Below the pieces are notes generated by a model, which worked only from the letters and a program-made list of their open reading frames with translations, was not told where the DNA came from and did no database searches. The translations under genes were made by a program, and so were the position numbers. A stretch of DNA of 64,000 bases, taken from assembly GCA_030390025.1 (NCBI GenBank), contig CM059431.1, positions 144,896,001-144,960,000 on the forward strand, in the 5' to 3' direction. The stretch comes from Squalus acanthias (lineage: Eukaryota). This document shows, one piece after another, positions 1 through 10,516 of the stretch; the first letter of the stretch is position 1; every line of letters starts with the position of its first letter.

Positions 1-1420
1 GAACACGAAGGAACCACCAAACATGAAGCTGCTCTTACAGCACCTGCCAGTTCAAGTTCTGTTATCAAATTATTTCGCAAAGTTGAGGCAGCACTGTTGT
101 GAGAATGACCTTGTTTGCATACCGTACCGTTGGACATAATCACAGTTTGAGGTCAGTGGACTCTGCTTATAGTCATCGAGTCATACGGCACAGAAGGAGG
201 CCATTCGGCCCATCGAGTCCGTGCCGACTCTCTGTAGAGCAATCCAGTCAGTCCCATTCCCCTGCTCTATACCCGTAGCCATGAAAGCTTATTTCCCTCA
301 AGTGCCTATCCAGTCTCCCATTGAAAACATTGAGTGTTTCTGCTTCCATCACTTCTGTCGGCAGCGAATTCCAGGTCATCACCATTCGCTGCGTAAAAAT
401 GTTTTTTCTCACATCCCCCCTGTATCTCTTGCCAAATATCTTAAATCTGTGTCCCCTGGTACAAGTACCATCAACTAGTGCGAAGGGCCTTTCCCCGTCT
501 AACCTATCAAAACCCATCATAATCTTGTACACCTCTATCAAATCACCCCGCAACCTCCTTTGCTCTAATGAAAACAAATCCAGCTTCTGCAACCTGTCCT
601 TTTAGCTAAGATCCCGCATCCCCGGAACTATTCTGGTAAATCTCCTCTGCACCCTCTCAAGGGCCTTCACAACCTTCCTACAGTGTGGTGACCAGATCTG
701 GACGCAATACTCCAGTTGTGGCCGAACCAGCTCTTTATAAAGGTTCAGCATATCTTCTCTAGTTTTGTACTCAATACCTCTATTTATGAAGCCCAAGATC
801 TCATATGCTTTGCTAATCACTCTGTCAATATGTCCTGCCACCTTCAGGGACATATACACATTAACCCCCAAGTCCCTCTGTCCCTGCACACTCTTTAAAA
901 CTGTGCCATTAAGTGTATATTGCCTCTCCCTGTTCCTTCTGCCAAAATGCATCACCTCACATTTCTCTGTATTAAATTACATCTGCCACTTATCTGCCCA
1001 TTCTGCTAGCCTTTCTATGTCCTGTTGCAGTAGATTGGTATCATCATCTCTGTTTTCCACCCCCCCAAGTTTGGTGTCATCGGCAAATTTAGAAATTCTA
1101 CTCTGTATTCCAATATCCAGGTCATTTATATATATCAAAAACAGCAGTGGCCCCAGCACTGACCCTTGGGGAACACCACTGTCTACCAGAACTGAAAGAT
1201 GGCCGATATGTGTCATTGTCTTTTGATGCATCGAATAGCCGTCGTGGAAAGTTGCTTCCTGTCTTGGTTGACTTTTTCAAAGCTTGTGAAGGCCGTTCGG
1301 GTGTGCAAACTAAATTTGTGGCTTGTGTCGAACCTAGAAATTATTGAGATAATAAACGTATGGAATCGAAAGTGAGCTTGTGGCAGTGTCAGCAGACAGC
1401 ACAACGCAGACTTTGGCGGC
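1..1420 (+). mobile_element. Degenerate hAT-type DNA transposase remnant, split by a CR1 insertion (pieces about 1-168 and 1189-1420)
   Basis: Translations [59 protein letters not shown]...GVQTKFV and SADST/ADFGG recall hAT transposase motifs in the expected order; stops and frameshifts are present. Confidence 0.6.
169..1187 (-). mobile_element. 5'-truncated CR1 LINE (RT C-terminus and 3' tail)
   Basis: ORFs 977-1231, 602-955 and 248-592 give [34 protein letters not shown] and WNSLP; a short repeated tail lies at about 169-185. Confidence 0.95.
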
Positions 1421-1544
1421 CGACACAGTCATGGGAGAGAAACCGAGCACAGCAAGTGAAGGCGAGCTTACAAAGGGAATTGGTAGGCTTTTGATGCCCT
1501 GCTCCCATCGTGCACAACTGTGCCCGAACTGCATGGGATGCAAT

Positions 1545-3572
1545 CCGGTGAGAAAGAAAGACGGGACGGGCTCCACCGGGCCAGGTCCAGTGTCATGGCG
1601 AACGGAATAACTAGGGCAGTAGAAAGGGCTTTAAACCAATGAAGGGTGGGGGAGGGGAGGGGAGGATTCAGTAAATTTAAAAGCAGTGATATGTCGAGGC
1701 TCTGGAGCAGAGTAGAATTTTGGGTAAAAATAAGCAGAATGGTTCAGGAAGGGACAGAGAGAGTAACAAAGGTAATAAGGCATCAGTGACTAAGTTGACA
1801 TCAGGGAAAGAGAAATAAGCCAAAGCTAAAGGCACTATATCTGAATGCACGAAGCATTCGCAACAAAATAGATGAATTAATAGCGCAGATTGAAATGAAC
1901 AGGTTTGATCTAATAGCCATAACAGACACGTGGTGGCAAAGTGGCCAAGGTTGGTAACTAAATATTCCAGGATACTTAAATTTGAGAAGAGATAGGCAAA
2001 ATGGAAAAGGAGGAGGGGTAGCACTGATAATAAAGAATGGGATAAAGACATTAGAGGGAACTGACCTTTGCTCCGAAAATCAAGAAGTACAATCAGTTTG
2101 GGTGGATCTAAGAAACAGCACGGGCAGAAAACATTGGTGGGAGTTGCTTATAGGCCCCCAAACAGTAGTTATAATGAAGGGCTGAGTATAAACCAAGAAA
2201 TTAGAGGCGCATGTAACAAGGGTAATACAGTAATCATGGGGCACTTTAATCTACATATAGAGTGGATTTGAGTATAAGAGTAAAGACGTCTTACTGCAAT
2301 TATATAGGGCCTTTGTGAGACCACACATAGGGGGAAAAATTCTGCTGCTTTGCGCGTCCCGTTAGAGGACGCTAACGGGGTACAAAGCAACGAGCGCCCG
2401 GGCTCGGCGCCACTAACGCCGCTCGCGAAATTCAGCGGGAGGTAAGTGGCGGCGGTAGCCGGTAGCACCCCACAGCACTGCGCCTAAGACAATGATGTCA
2501 TCGCCGTGCGCCGCGCCCCGTTCGCACACCATCCGCAAACTTGGCTCGCGCTCCCTGCCCTACCACTTACACTAGGTCCAACAAGGTCAGGGTGGCGTTT
2601 ATGCGGCCAGGGCGGCGCAAATTAAAGGCCTGGTGCCGGGCGGCCATTTGTTTTGGTGCCGCCTGTCAGCACCGGCCCCCTCTGGCCCCCTCCTCTGAGT
2701 GCTGGGCTCTTTTGCCGGCACCCCGCTCCCCGGGGGTCCAGCAGTGCCTTAAATCAGGGGATGGGGGCCTGCAGTACCGCGGCACTACATGCCGACGAAC
2801 TTGGCACTGCAGCATGTAAGGCCGTGATATTCAATGGTTGCGCCCCGAAGATCGAGGGGAACGCTTCCAGTAGCGCCCCCCCTCCTGCTTGGGGTGCTAC
2901 CATTCAATTTCGGGAAGGGCACGCTAACTTTTTCGGGGCACTGAAAGAAGCACCCGGCGAAGTTAGCGGCCCGAAGGGGGTGCGACCCAATTCCCCACCG
3001 CCGCACCTCACCCCCACCCCCGGAGTATTGTGTACAGTTTTGGTCTCCTTACCTAAGGAAGGATATACTTGCAATAGAGGGAGTGCAACGAAGGTTGATC
3101 AGACTGGTTCCTGGGATGGGGGATTGTCCTATGAGGAGAGATTGAGCAGACTAGCTCTAGATTCTCTAGAGTTTCGAAGAATGAGAGGTGATCTCATTGA
3201 AACATGTAAAACTCTTACAGGGCTTGACCGGGTAGATGAAGGGAGGATGTTTCCCCTGGATGGGGAGCCTAGAACCAGGGGTCACAGTCTCAGAATAAGC
3301 GGTCGGCCATTTAGGACTGAGATGAGGAGACATTTCTTCACTCAGAGGGTGGTGCATCTTTCGAATTCTCTACCCCAGAGAGCTGTGGAGGCTCAGTCGT
3401 TGAGTATATTCAAAACAGAGATCGACAGATTTTTGAATATTAATGGAATCAAGGGATATGGGGATAGTGCAGGAAAGTGGAGATGAGGTAGAAGATCAGC
3501 TATGATCTTCTTGAATGGCGGAGCAGGCTCGATGGGCCAATGGCATAGTCCTGCTCCTATTTCTTATGTTCC
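1545..3572 (+). mobile_element. Internally deleted CR1 LINE (ORF1 end, endonuclease N-terminus, then a jump to RT C-terminus and 3' tail), interrupted by a MITE
   Basis: LYLNARSIRNK...GGGVALII from about 1830; an abrupt switch at about 2268 to EYKSKDVLLQLY; RRMRGDLIE...NSLPQ at 3170-3480; tail cctgctcctatttcttatgttc. Confidence 0.9.
2330..2996. mobile_element. GC-rich non-autonomous DNA element (Harbinger-like MITE) inserted in CR1 ORF2
   Basis: It interrupts the RPH|LEYC motif and has ends gggggaaaaatt ... aattcccc. Confidence 0.55.
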
Positions 3573-3902
3573 TAAAGAAATAATTGCATTTCTGCAGTGC
3601 CTTTCACGACCACCGGATTCCCAAAGTGCTTTACAGCCAATTAAGTATTTCTTTGAAGTGGAGTTACTGTTGTAATGTAGGAAACGCGGCAGCCAATCTG
3701 CGCACAGTAAGCTCCCACAAACAGCAATGTGATAATGAACAGATCACCTGCTTTTGTTATGTTGGTTCAGGGAAAAATATTGGCCAGGACACTGGAGAGA
3801 ACTCCCCTGCTCTTCTTCGAAATTATGCCACGAGAACTTTTACGTTCACCTGAGAGAGCAGACGGGGCCTCGGTTTAACGTCTCATCCAAAAGACGGCAC
3901 TT

Positions 3903-6900
3903 CCGACAGTGCAGACACCCTCAGTACAGCCACTCCGAAAGTGCGGCATTCCCTCAGCACTGCTCCTTCAACAGTGCAGCGCTCCCTCAGTATTGACCCT
4001 CCAACAATGTAGCACTCCCTCAGTACTGCTGCTCCGAGAGTGCAGCGCTCCCTCAGTACTGACCGTCCAATGGTTCAGCGCTCCCTCAGTACTGGCCCTC
4101 CGACAGTGCAGCACTCCCTCAGTACTGCCCCTCCGACAGTGTAGCGCTCCCTCAGTACTGCCCCTCCGACAGTGCAGTGCTCCCTCAGTAATGCCCCTCC
4201 GAGAGTGCAGCGCTCCCTCAGTATTGACCCTCCAACAGTTCAGCGCTCCCTCAGTACTGGCCCTCCGACAGTGCAGCACTCCCTCAGTACTGCCCCTCCG
4301 ACAGTGTAACGCTCCCTCAGTACTGCCCCTCCGACAGTGCAGTGCTCCCTCAGTAATGCCCCTCCGAGAGTGCAGCCCTCCCTCAGTATTGACTCTCCAA
4401 CAGTTCAGCGCTCCCTCAGTACTGGCCCTCCGAGAGTGCAGCACTCCCTCATTACTGTCCCTCCGACAGTGCAGCGCTTCCTCAGTATTGCCCTTCCGTA
4501 AGTGCAGCGCTCCCTCATTAATGCCCCTCTGGCAGTGCAGCTCTCCCTCAGTACTGCCCTTCCATCATTGCAGCAAACCCTCAGTACTGCCACTCTGACA
4601 GTGCAGCGCTCCCTCAGTACTGCCCTTGAATCACTGCAGTGCTCGATCGGTATTGACACTCCGATAGTGCAGCGCTCCATCGGTATTGACACTCCAACAG
4701 TACAGCGCTCCCTCAGTTTTGTCCCTTGGACAGTGCAGCGGTCCCTCAGCACTGCCTCTCCGACAGTGCAGACCTCCCGCAGTACAGTCCCTCCCACAAT
4801 GCAGCTCTCCCTCTGTTCTGTCCCTTCAACAAAGCGGCGCTCCCTCAGTACTGTCCTTCCAACAATGCAACGCTCTCTCTGTAATGCCCTTCCATCATTG
4901 CAGCGCTCCTCAGTACTGCCCCTCCGACAGTGCAGCGCACCCTCAGTACTGGCCCTCCGACAGTGCAGCACTCCCTCAGTACTGGCCCTCCGACAGTGCA
5001 GCACTCCCTCAGTACTGCCCTTCCATCAGAGCAGCGCTCTCAGTAATGCCCTTCCATTAGAGCAGCGCCCCCTCATTCTTCTTCTTCTTCGTAGGCAGTT
5101 CCTCGGAGCCGAGGATGACTTGCTTCCACAGTAAAGGACTGATGAGTCCAATGCGGGACCTACAGTCTATTTCACAGGTGGGGCAGACGGTGGTTGAAGG
5201 GGCGGGTGGGTGGGCTGCTTCGGTTGACGTGCGTTCCTTGCGCTTCTTGTGCTTGGCTTCCGCTTGCTCCCTTCGAAGAGACTCGAGGTGTTCGGCATCT
5301 TCCCGGATGCTTCTCCTCCACTTTGTGCGGTCTTTGTCCAGGGATTACCAGGTGTCAGTGGGGATGTTGCACTTTTTCAAGGAGGCTTTGAGGATGTCCT
5401 TGAAGCATTTCCTCTGCCCACCTGGGCCTCTCTTGCCGTGTCGGAGCTCCGAGTAGAGCGCTTGTTTTGGGAGCCTCGTATCGGGTATGCGGACGATGTG
5501 ACCCGTCCATTGGAGCTTATCGGTCATAGTCAACGCTTCGATGCTGAGGGATGTTGGCTTGAGCGAGAACACTGACGTTGGTGCGCCTATCCTGTTAATG
5601 GATTTGCAGGATCTTGCGGAGGCAGCGTTGGTGGTACCTCTCCAGTGCTTTGAGGTGCCCGCTGTACATGGTCCATGTCTCTGAGGCATACAGCAGGGTA
5701 GGTATCACTGCTGCTCTGTATACCATGAGCTTGGTGCTGGGTTTGAGGTCCTTGTCTTCAAACACTCTCTTCCTCAGGCGACCGAAGGCTGCACTCGCAC
5801 ACTAAAGGCGGTGTTGGACTTCATCATCGACGTCTGCCCTTGTTGACAGTAGGCTCCCGAGTTATGGAAAGTGGTCCACGTTGTCCAAGGCCTTGTCGTG
5901 GATTTTGATAATCGGAAGCAGTACTGTGTGGCGGGGGCAGGTTGGTAGAGGACCTTTGTCTTACGGATGTTTAGCGTAAGGCCCATGCTCTCGTATGCAT
6001 CGGTGAAGGTGTTGACGATAGTTAGGAGTTCGACCTCCGAGTGAGCGCCGTCAGTACTCCCTCAGGACTGTCCCTCCGACAGTGTAGCGCTCCCTCAGTA
6101 CTGCCCTTCCATCAGTGCAGCGCTCCCTCAGTACTGCCCCTCTGACAGAGCAGCGCTCCCTCAGTACTGCCCTTGAGTCAGTGCAGCGCTCGCTCTGTTT
6201 TGATCCTCCGACAGTGCAGCACTCCCTCAGTGCTGCCCCTCCGACAGTGCAGCACTCCCTCAGTATTGTCCCTTGGACAGTGCAGTGGTCCCTCAGCACT
6301 GCCCCTCCGACAGTGTAATCCTCTCTCAGTACTGTTCCTCCGACAATGCAGCGCTCCCTCAGTTCTGTCCCTCCAGCAGTGCAGATCTCCCTCAGTACTG
6401 CCCCTCCGACAGTGCAGCACTTTCTCAGTACTGCACCTCTGACAATGCCGCGGTCCCTCAGTACTGTCCCACCGGCAGTGCAGACCTCTCTCAGTACTTT
6501 CCCTCCGACAGTGCTGTGCTCCCTCAGTACTGCCCCTCCGACAGTGCAGCACTCCCTCAGTACTGCCCCTCCAACAGTGTGCTGCTCCCTTAGTACTGCC
6601 ACTGCGAGCATGCAGCGCTCCCTCAGTACTGCCGCTCTGACAGTGAGGTGCTCCCTCACTACTGCACCTCTAACAATGCAGCGCTCCCTCCTTACTGCCG
6701 CTCCGACAATGCAGTGCTCCCTCAGTTCAGCCCCTCTAACAGTGCAGCGCTCGCTCAGTACTCCCCCTCCGACAGTGGCTCACTCCCTCAGTCCTGGCCC
6801 TCCGACAGTGCAGCACCCCTCAGTACTGTCCCTCCGACAGTGCAGTGATCTCTCAGTACTGCCCTTCTATCAGAGCAGCGTTTCCGCAGTACTGCCCCTC

Positions 6901-8378
6901 TGACAGTGCAGCGCCCCCTCAGTACTGCCACTCAGACAGTGCAGCACTCCCTCAGTACTGCCCTTGAGCAAGTACTGCTCTCCATCTGTATTGACACTCC
7001 GACAGTGCAGCGCTCCCTCATTACAGCCCCTCCGACATTGCAGCTCTCCCACAGTAATTTCCATTTTACAGTGAAGCGGTCCCTAGCACTGCGCCTCCCA
7101 CAGTGCAGACCTCCCGCAGTGCAAACCCTCCGACAATGCGTCGCTCCCTCAGTGATGACCCTCTGGCAGTGCAGACCTCCCTCAGTACTGTTTAGCCGAC
7201 AGTGCAGACCTCCCTCAGTACTATCCCTCCGACAGTGCTGCACACCCTCGGTACTGCCCCTTCGCCAGTGCAGCGCTTCCTCAGTACTGCCCCTCCACAA
7301 GTGCGGCGCTCCCTTCGTACTGTCCCTCCGACAGTGCAGCACTCCCTCAGTACTGCCTCTCTGACAGTACGACGCTCCCTCAGTACTGCCCTTCTATCAG
7401 TGCTGCACTCCCTCCTTTCTGCCCCTCTGACAGTGCAGCGCTCCCTCAGTACTGCCTTTGATTCACTGCAGCGCTCCCTCAGTACAGCCGCTCCGACAGT
7501 GCAGCACTCCCTCAGTATTATCCCTTGGACAGTGCAGCGGTCTCTCTACACTGCCCCTCCGAGAGTACAGACCTTCCTCAGTACTGTCCCTCCGAAAAGG
7601 TAGCGCTCCCTAAGTTACGTCCCTCCGGCAGTGCATAGCTCCCTCATTACTGCCTCTCCGGTAGTGTAGCGCTTCCTCAATACTGCACCTCCCACCATGC
7701 GGCGCTCCCTCAGTACTGCCCCTCCGAAAGTCCAGACCTCCCTAAGTGCTGTCCCTTCGACAGTACAGACCTCTCTCAGTACTGTCCCTCCACCAGTGCT
7801 GCGCTCCCTCGGTACTGCCCCTCCGACAGTGCAGCACTCCCGCAGTACAGTCTCTCCGACCGTGCGGCGCCCCCTTAGTACAGCCCCTCCGACAGTGCAG
7901 CAGTCCCTCAGTACTGCTGCTCTGACAGTGCGGGGGTTCCTCAGTACTGCCCCTCTAACAGTGCAGCGCGCCCTCGTTACTGCCACTCTGACAATGCGGT
8001 GCTCCCTCAGTACTGCCCTCTAACAGTGCATCACTCCCTCAGTACTGATCTTCCGACAGTGCGGGGCTCTCTCAGTACTGCCCCTCCGACCCTGCATCAC
8101 TCCCTCAGTACTGCCCCTCCGACAGTGCAGCGCTCCCTCAGTACTTCCCGTCTAACAGTGCATCATTCCCTCAGTACTGCCCCACCGACCGGGCATTACT
8201 CCCTCAGTACTGATCTTCCGACAGTGCGGGGCTCTCTCAGTACTGACCCTCCGACCCTGCATCACTCCCTCAGTACTGTCCCTCCGACAGTGCAGCTCTC
8301 CATCAGTACTTCCCCTCTAACAGTGCATCATTCCCTCAGTACTGCCCCACCGACTGGGCATTACTCCCTCAGTACTGC
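3903..8378. repeat. 33-bp minisatellite (ccgacagtgcagcgctccctcagtactgcccct)n
   Basis: Roughly 100 diverged units; they generate spurious 11-aa repeat ORFs (QCSAPSVLPLR). Confidence 0.97.
5076..6047 (-). mobile_element. 5'-truncated RTE-clade LINE inserted in the minisatellite
   Basis: GLTLNIRKTKVLYQP and LQWTGHIVRIPDTRLPKQALYSEL...GGQRKCFKDILKASLK; (GAA)n tail at 5076-5090. Confidence 0.9.
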
Positions 8379-8721
8379 ACTGGGAGAGTCAGTCTAGATT
8401 GTGTGCTCAAGTCTCAGAAGTGGGTGGGGAACCCACAACCTACTTACTGTGAGTCGAGGGAATACAAGCCTAGTCTGTGCAACCAGCCCTCCTAATTTAA
8501 CCCTTTTCGCCACGGTATCATTCTGGTGATTCTGTGCTGACCCCTCCAAGGCCAATAGGTCCTGCAATGGGGGATCATAACATCCACAACCCCCCCTTCC
8601 TGACCTCTCCTGTGCCCCACACTCCTACACTGGGTTGTGATCTGGAGCAGCAACCTTGGCTGATGTTGCTCCTCCAGATACCGGGGCACTGAGGCTGTTT
8701 GAAGCTTCCCTCCGGCCATTT

Positions 8722-9120
8722 TTGTATTCGTTCATGGGATGTGGCCGTCGCGGGCAAGGAACAAGCATTTATTGCCCATCCCTAATTGCCCTCGAGAAGG
8801 TGGTGGTGAGCCGCCTTCTTGAACCGCTGCAGTCCGTGTGGTGAAGGTACTCCCACAGTGTGGTTAGGGAGGGTGTTCCATGATGTTGACCCAGCGACAA
8901 TGAGAATCGGCGATATACTTCTAAGTCATGATGGTGTGTGACTTGGATGGGAACTTGGAGGTGGTAGTGTTCCCATGCACCTGCTGCCCTTGTCCTTCTT
9001 GGTGGAAGAGGTCGCGGGTTTCAGAGGTGCTGCCGGAGAAGCCTTGGCGAGCTGCTGCAGTGCATCTTGTAGATGGTACACACTTCAGCCATGTTCCACC
9101 GGTGATGGAGGGAGTGAATG
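8722..9120 (-). mobile_element. 3' fragment of CR1-group LINE family B
   Basis: Reverse complement of the 3' ends at 14240-14665 and 51180-51570. Confidence 0.9.
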
Positions 9121-9156
9121 TAACAAGACCTGGACGACGTTCAGGCTTGAGCTGTT

Positions 9157-9706
9157 ACCACCTCCAGCAGTACAACCCACCGCAGCTCTGTAACCTCCTC
9201 CAGCCCCTACAGCCTTCCCTATCTCTGTAACCTCCTCCAGCCCGACAACCGTCTATATTACTGTCACCTCCTCCAGCCCCTACAGTCCACCCTATCTCTG
9301 TAACCTGCTCCCGCCCTACAACCCTCCCTATCTCTGCAACCTCCTCCGAACCTATAACCGTCCCTAATTCTTTAACCACCTCCAGCCCTACAACCTTCCC
9401 TATCTCTGTATCCTCCTCAAGCCTTACAAACCTCCCCATCTCTGTAAACTCCTCCACACCTACAACCCTCCCTATCTCTGTAAATTCTTCCAGCCCTACA
9501 ACCCTCCCTATCTCTGTAACTTCCTCCAGCTCTACAACCCTCCCGATCTCAATCAAAACCTCCAGCCCTGCAGCCCTCCGTTTCTCTCTAATCTCCTCCA
9601 GCCCCAAAATACTCCCCCTCTCTGAAACCTCCTCCAACGCTTACAACTCTCCCGAACTCTATAACCTACTCCAGCCCTACAACCCTCCCTATCACTGTAA
9701 CCTCCT
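9157..9706. repeat. 36-bp minisatellite (ctctgtaacctcctccagccctacaaccctccctat)n
   Basis: About 15 units; gives a 12-aa periodic ORF at 9155-9637(-). Confidence 0.95.
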
Positions 9707-10516
9707 GCTCTGATTGTGTGTGTGTGTGTAGGGGGGGGGGGACACTAGTCCGTGGATGGAGACTGGGACATTCCTGCTCTGTGTGTGTGTGGTTGGGGGG
9801 TGGGCTGGGGTGGGGCAGGAGGCACTAGTCAGGAGATGGAGCCTGGGCCTTTCCTGCTCTGTATGCCCACGTTTATGCTGCATTCCAGGATCACACAGAA
9901 AACAGACATAGAGCATTCGGCCCAAACAGTCCATGCCCGCGATTATGCTGCACTTCAGGATCACACAGAGCAAAGACACAGAGCATTCGGCCCAACCAGT
10001 CCTTGGGCATGGGTTCATTGAAAAGTGGGACCGCACATTTGAAGAATGGGAGGGAGAAAATGCAAAGGTTAATTTGGTGAGTCTATGCTCCCTGTCTGAT
10101 GTCTCAGTACATGGGAGCGGGGTCAGAGATTGGACCGATTGTATATACTGCGTTCATGCCCAGTGCAACTGCACATCAGGCGCAGAGCCGTGCCATGTGA
10201 CCCTATAACATCTCGTGTGGGTGGGACTCCAGCTTATTCGTGACTTAGTTCCGGCTGCTGTGTGATTGGCTCCTGTCTCCTTAGGGATGTCACCTGGAGA
10301 TAGATTTCCACCCCGAGTTACGCCCCATCAGTGGTATATTATGAAGCCAGAGCTGAAGCAGTCCGCAGACAATGTGAGTGAGTTTAATCACTGTACAGAG
10401 TGGCTAGAAAAAAAAGAGCAATTTACTATTAAATTAAGTAATTCAGCCATATCATGAATGGCAAATATATGCAAATTAAATATAAGGAATGTCACAAAAT
10501 TTTTCCCATTATATTA

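Larger units (their letters stand above)
3585..8470 (-). mobile_element. tRNA-derived Deu-domain SINE (SacSINE1-like), split by a minisatellite expansion (body 3585-3905, head about 8370-8470)
   Basis: Both halves align by eye with the contiguous copy at 43530-43925 and the partial copy at 63446-63630. Confidence 0.8.

Noticed and set aside
2653..3486. 277-aa ORF
   Set aside because: Chance read-through from GC-rich MITE sequence into the CR1 RT C-terminus.
3909..8397. Many Cys-rich or Ser/Thr/Pro-rich ORFs resembling keratin-associated proteins or mucins
   Set aside because: They are translations of the SINE-derived 33-bp minisatellite in several frames on both strands.
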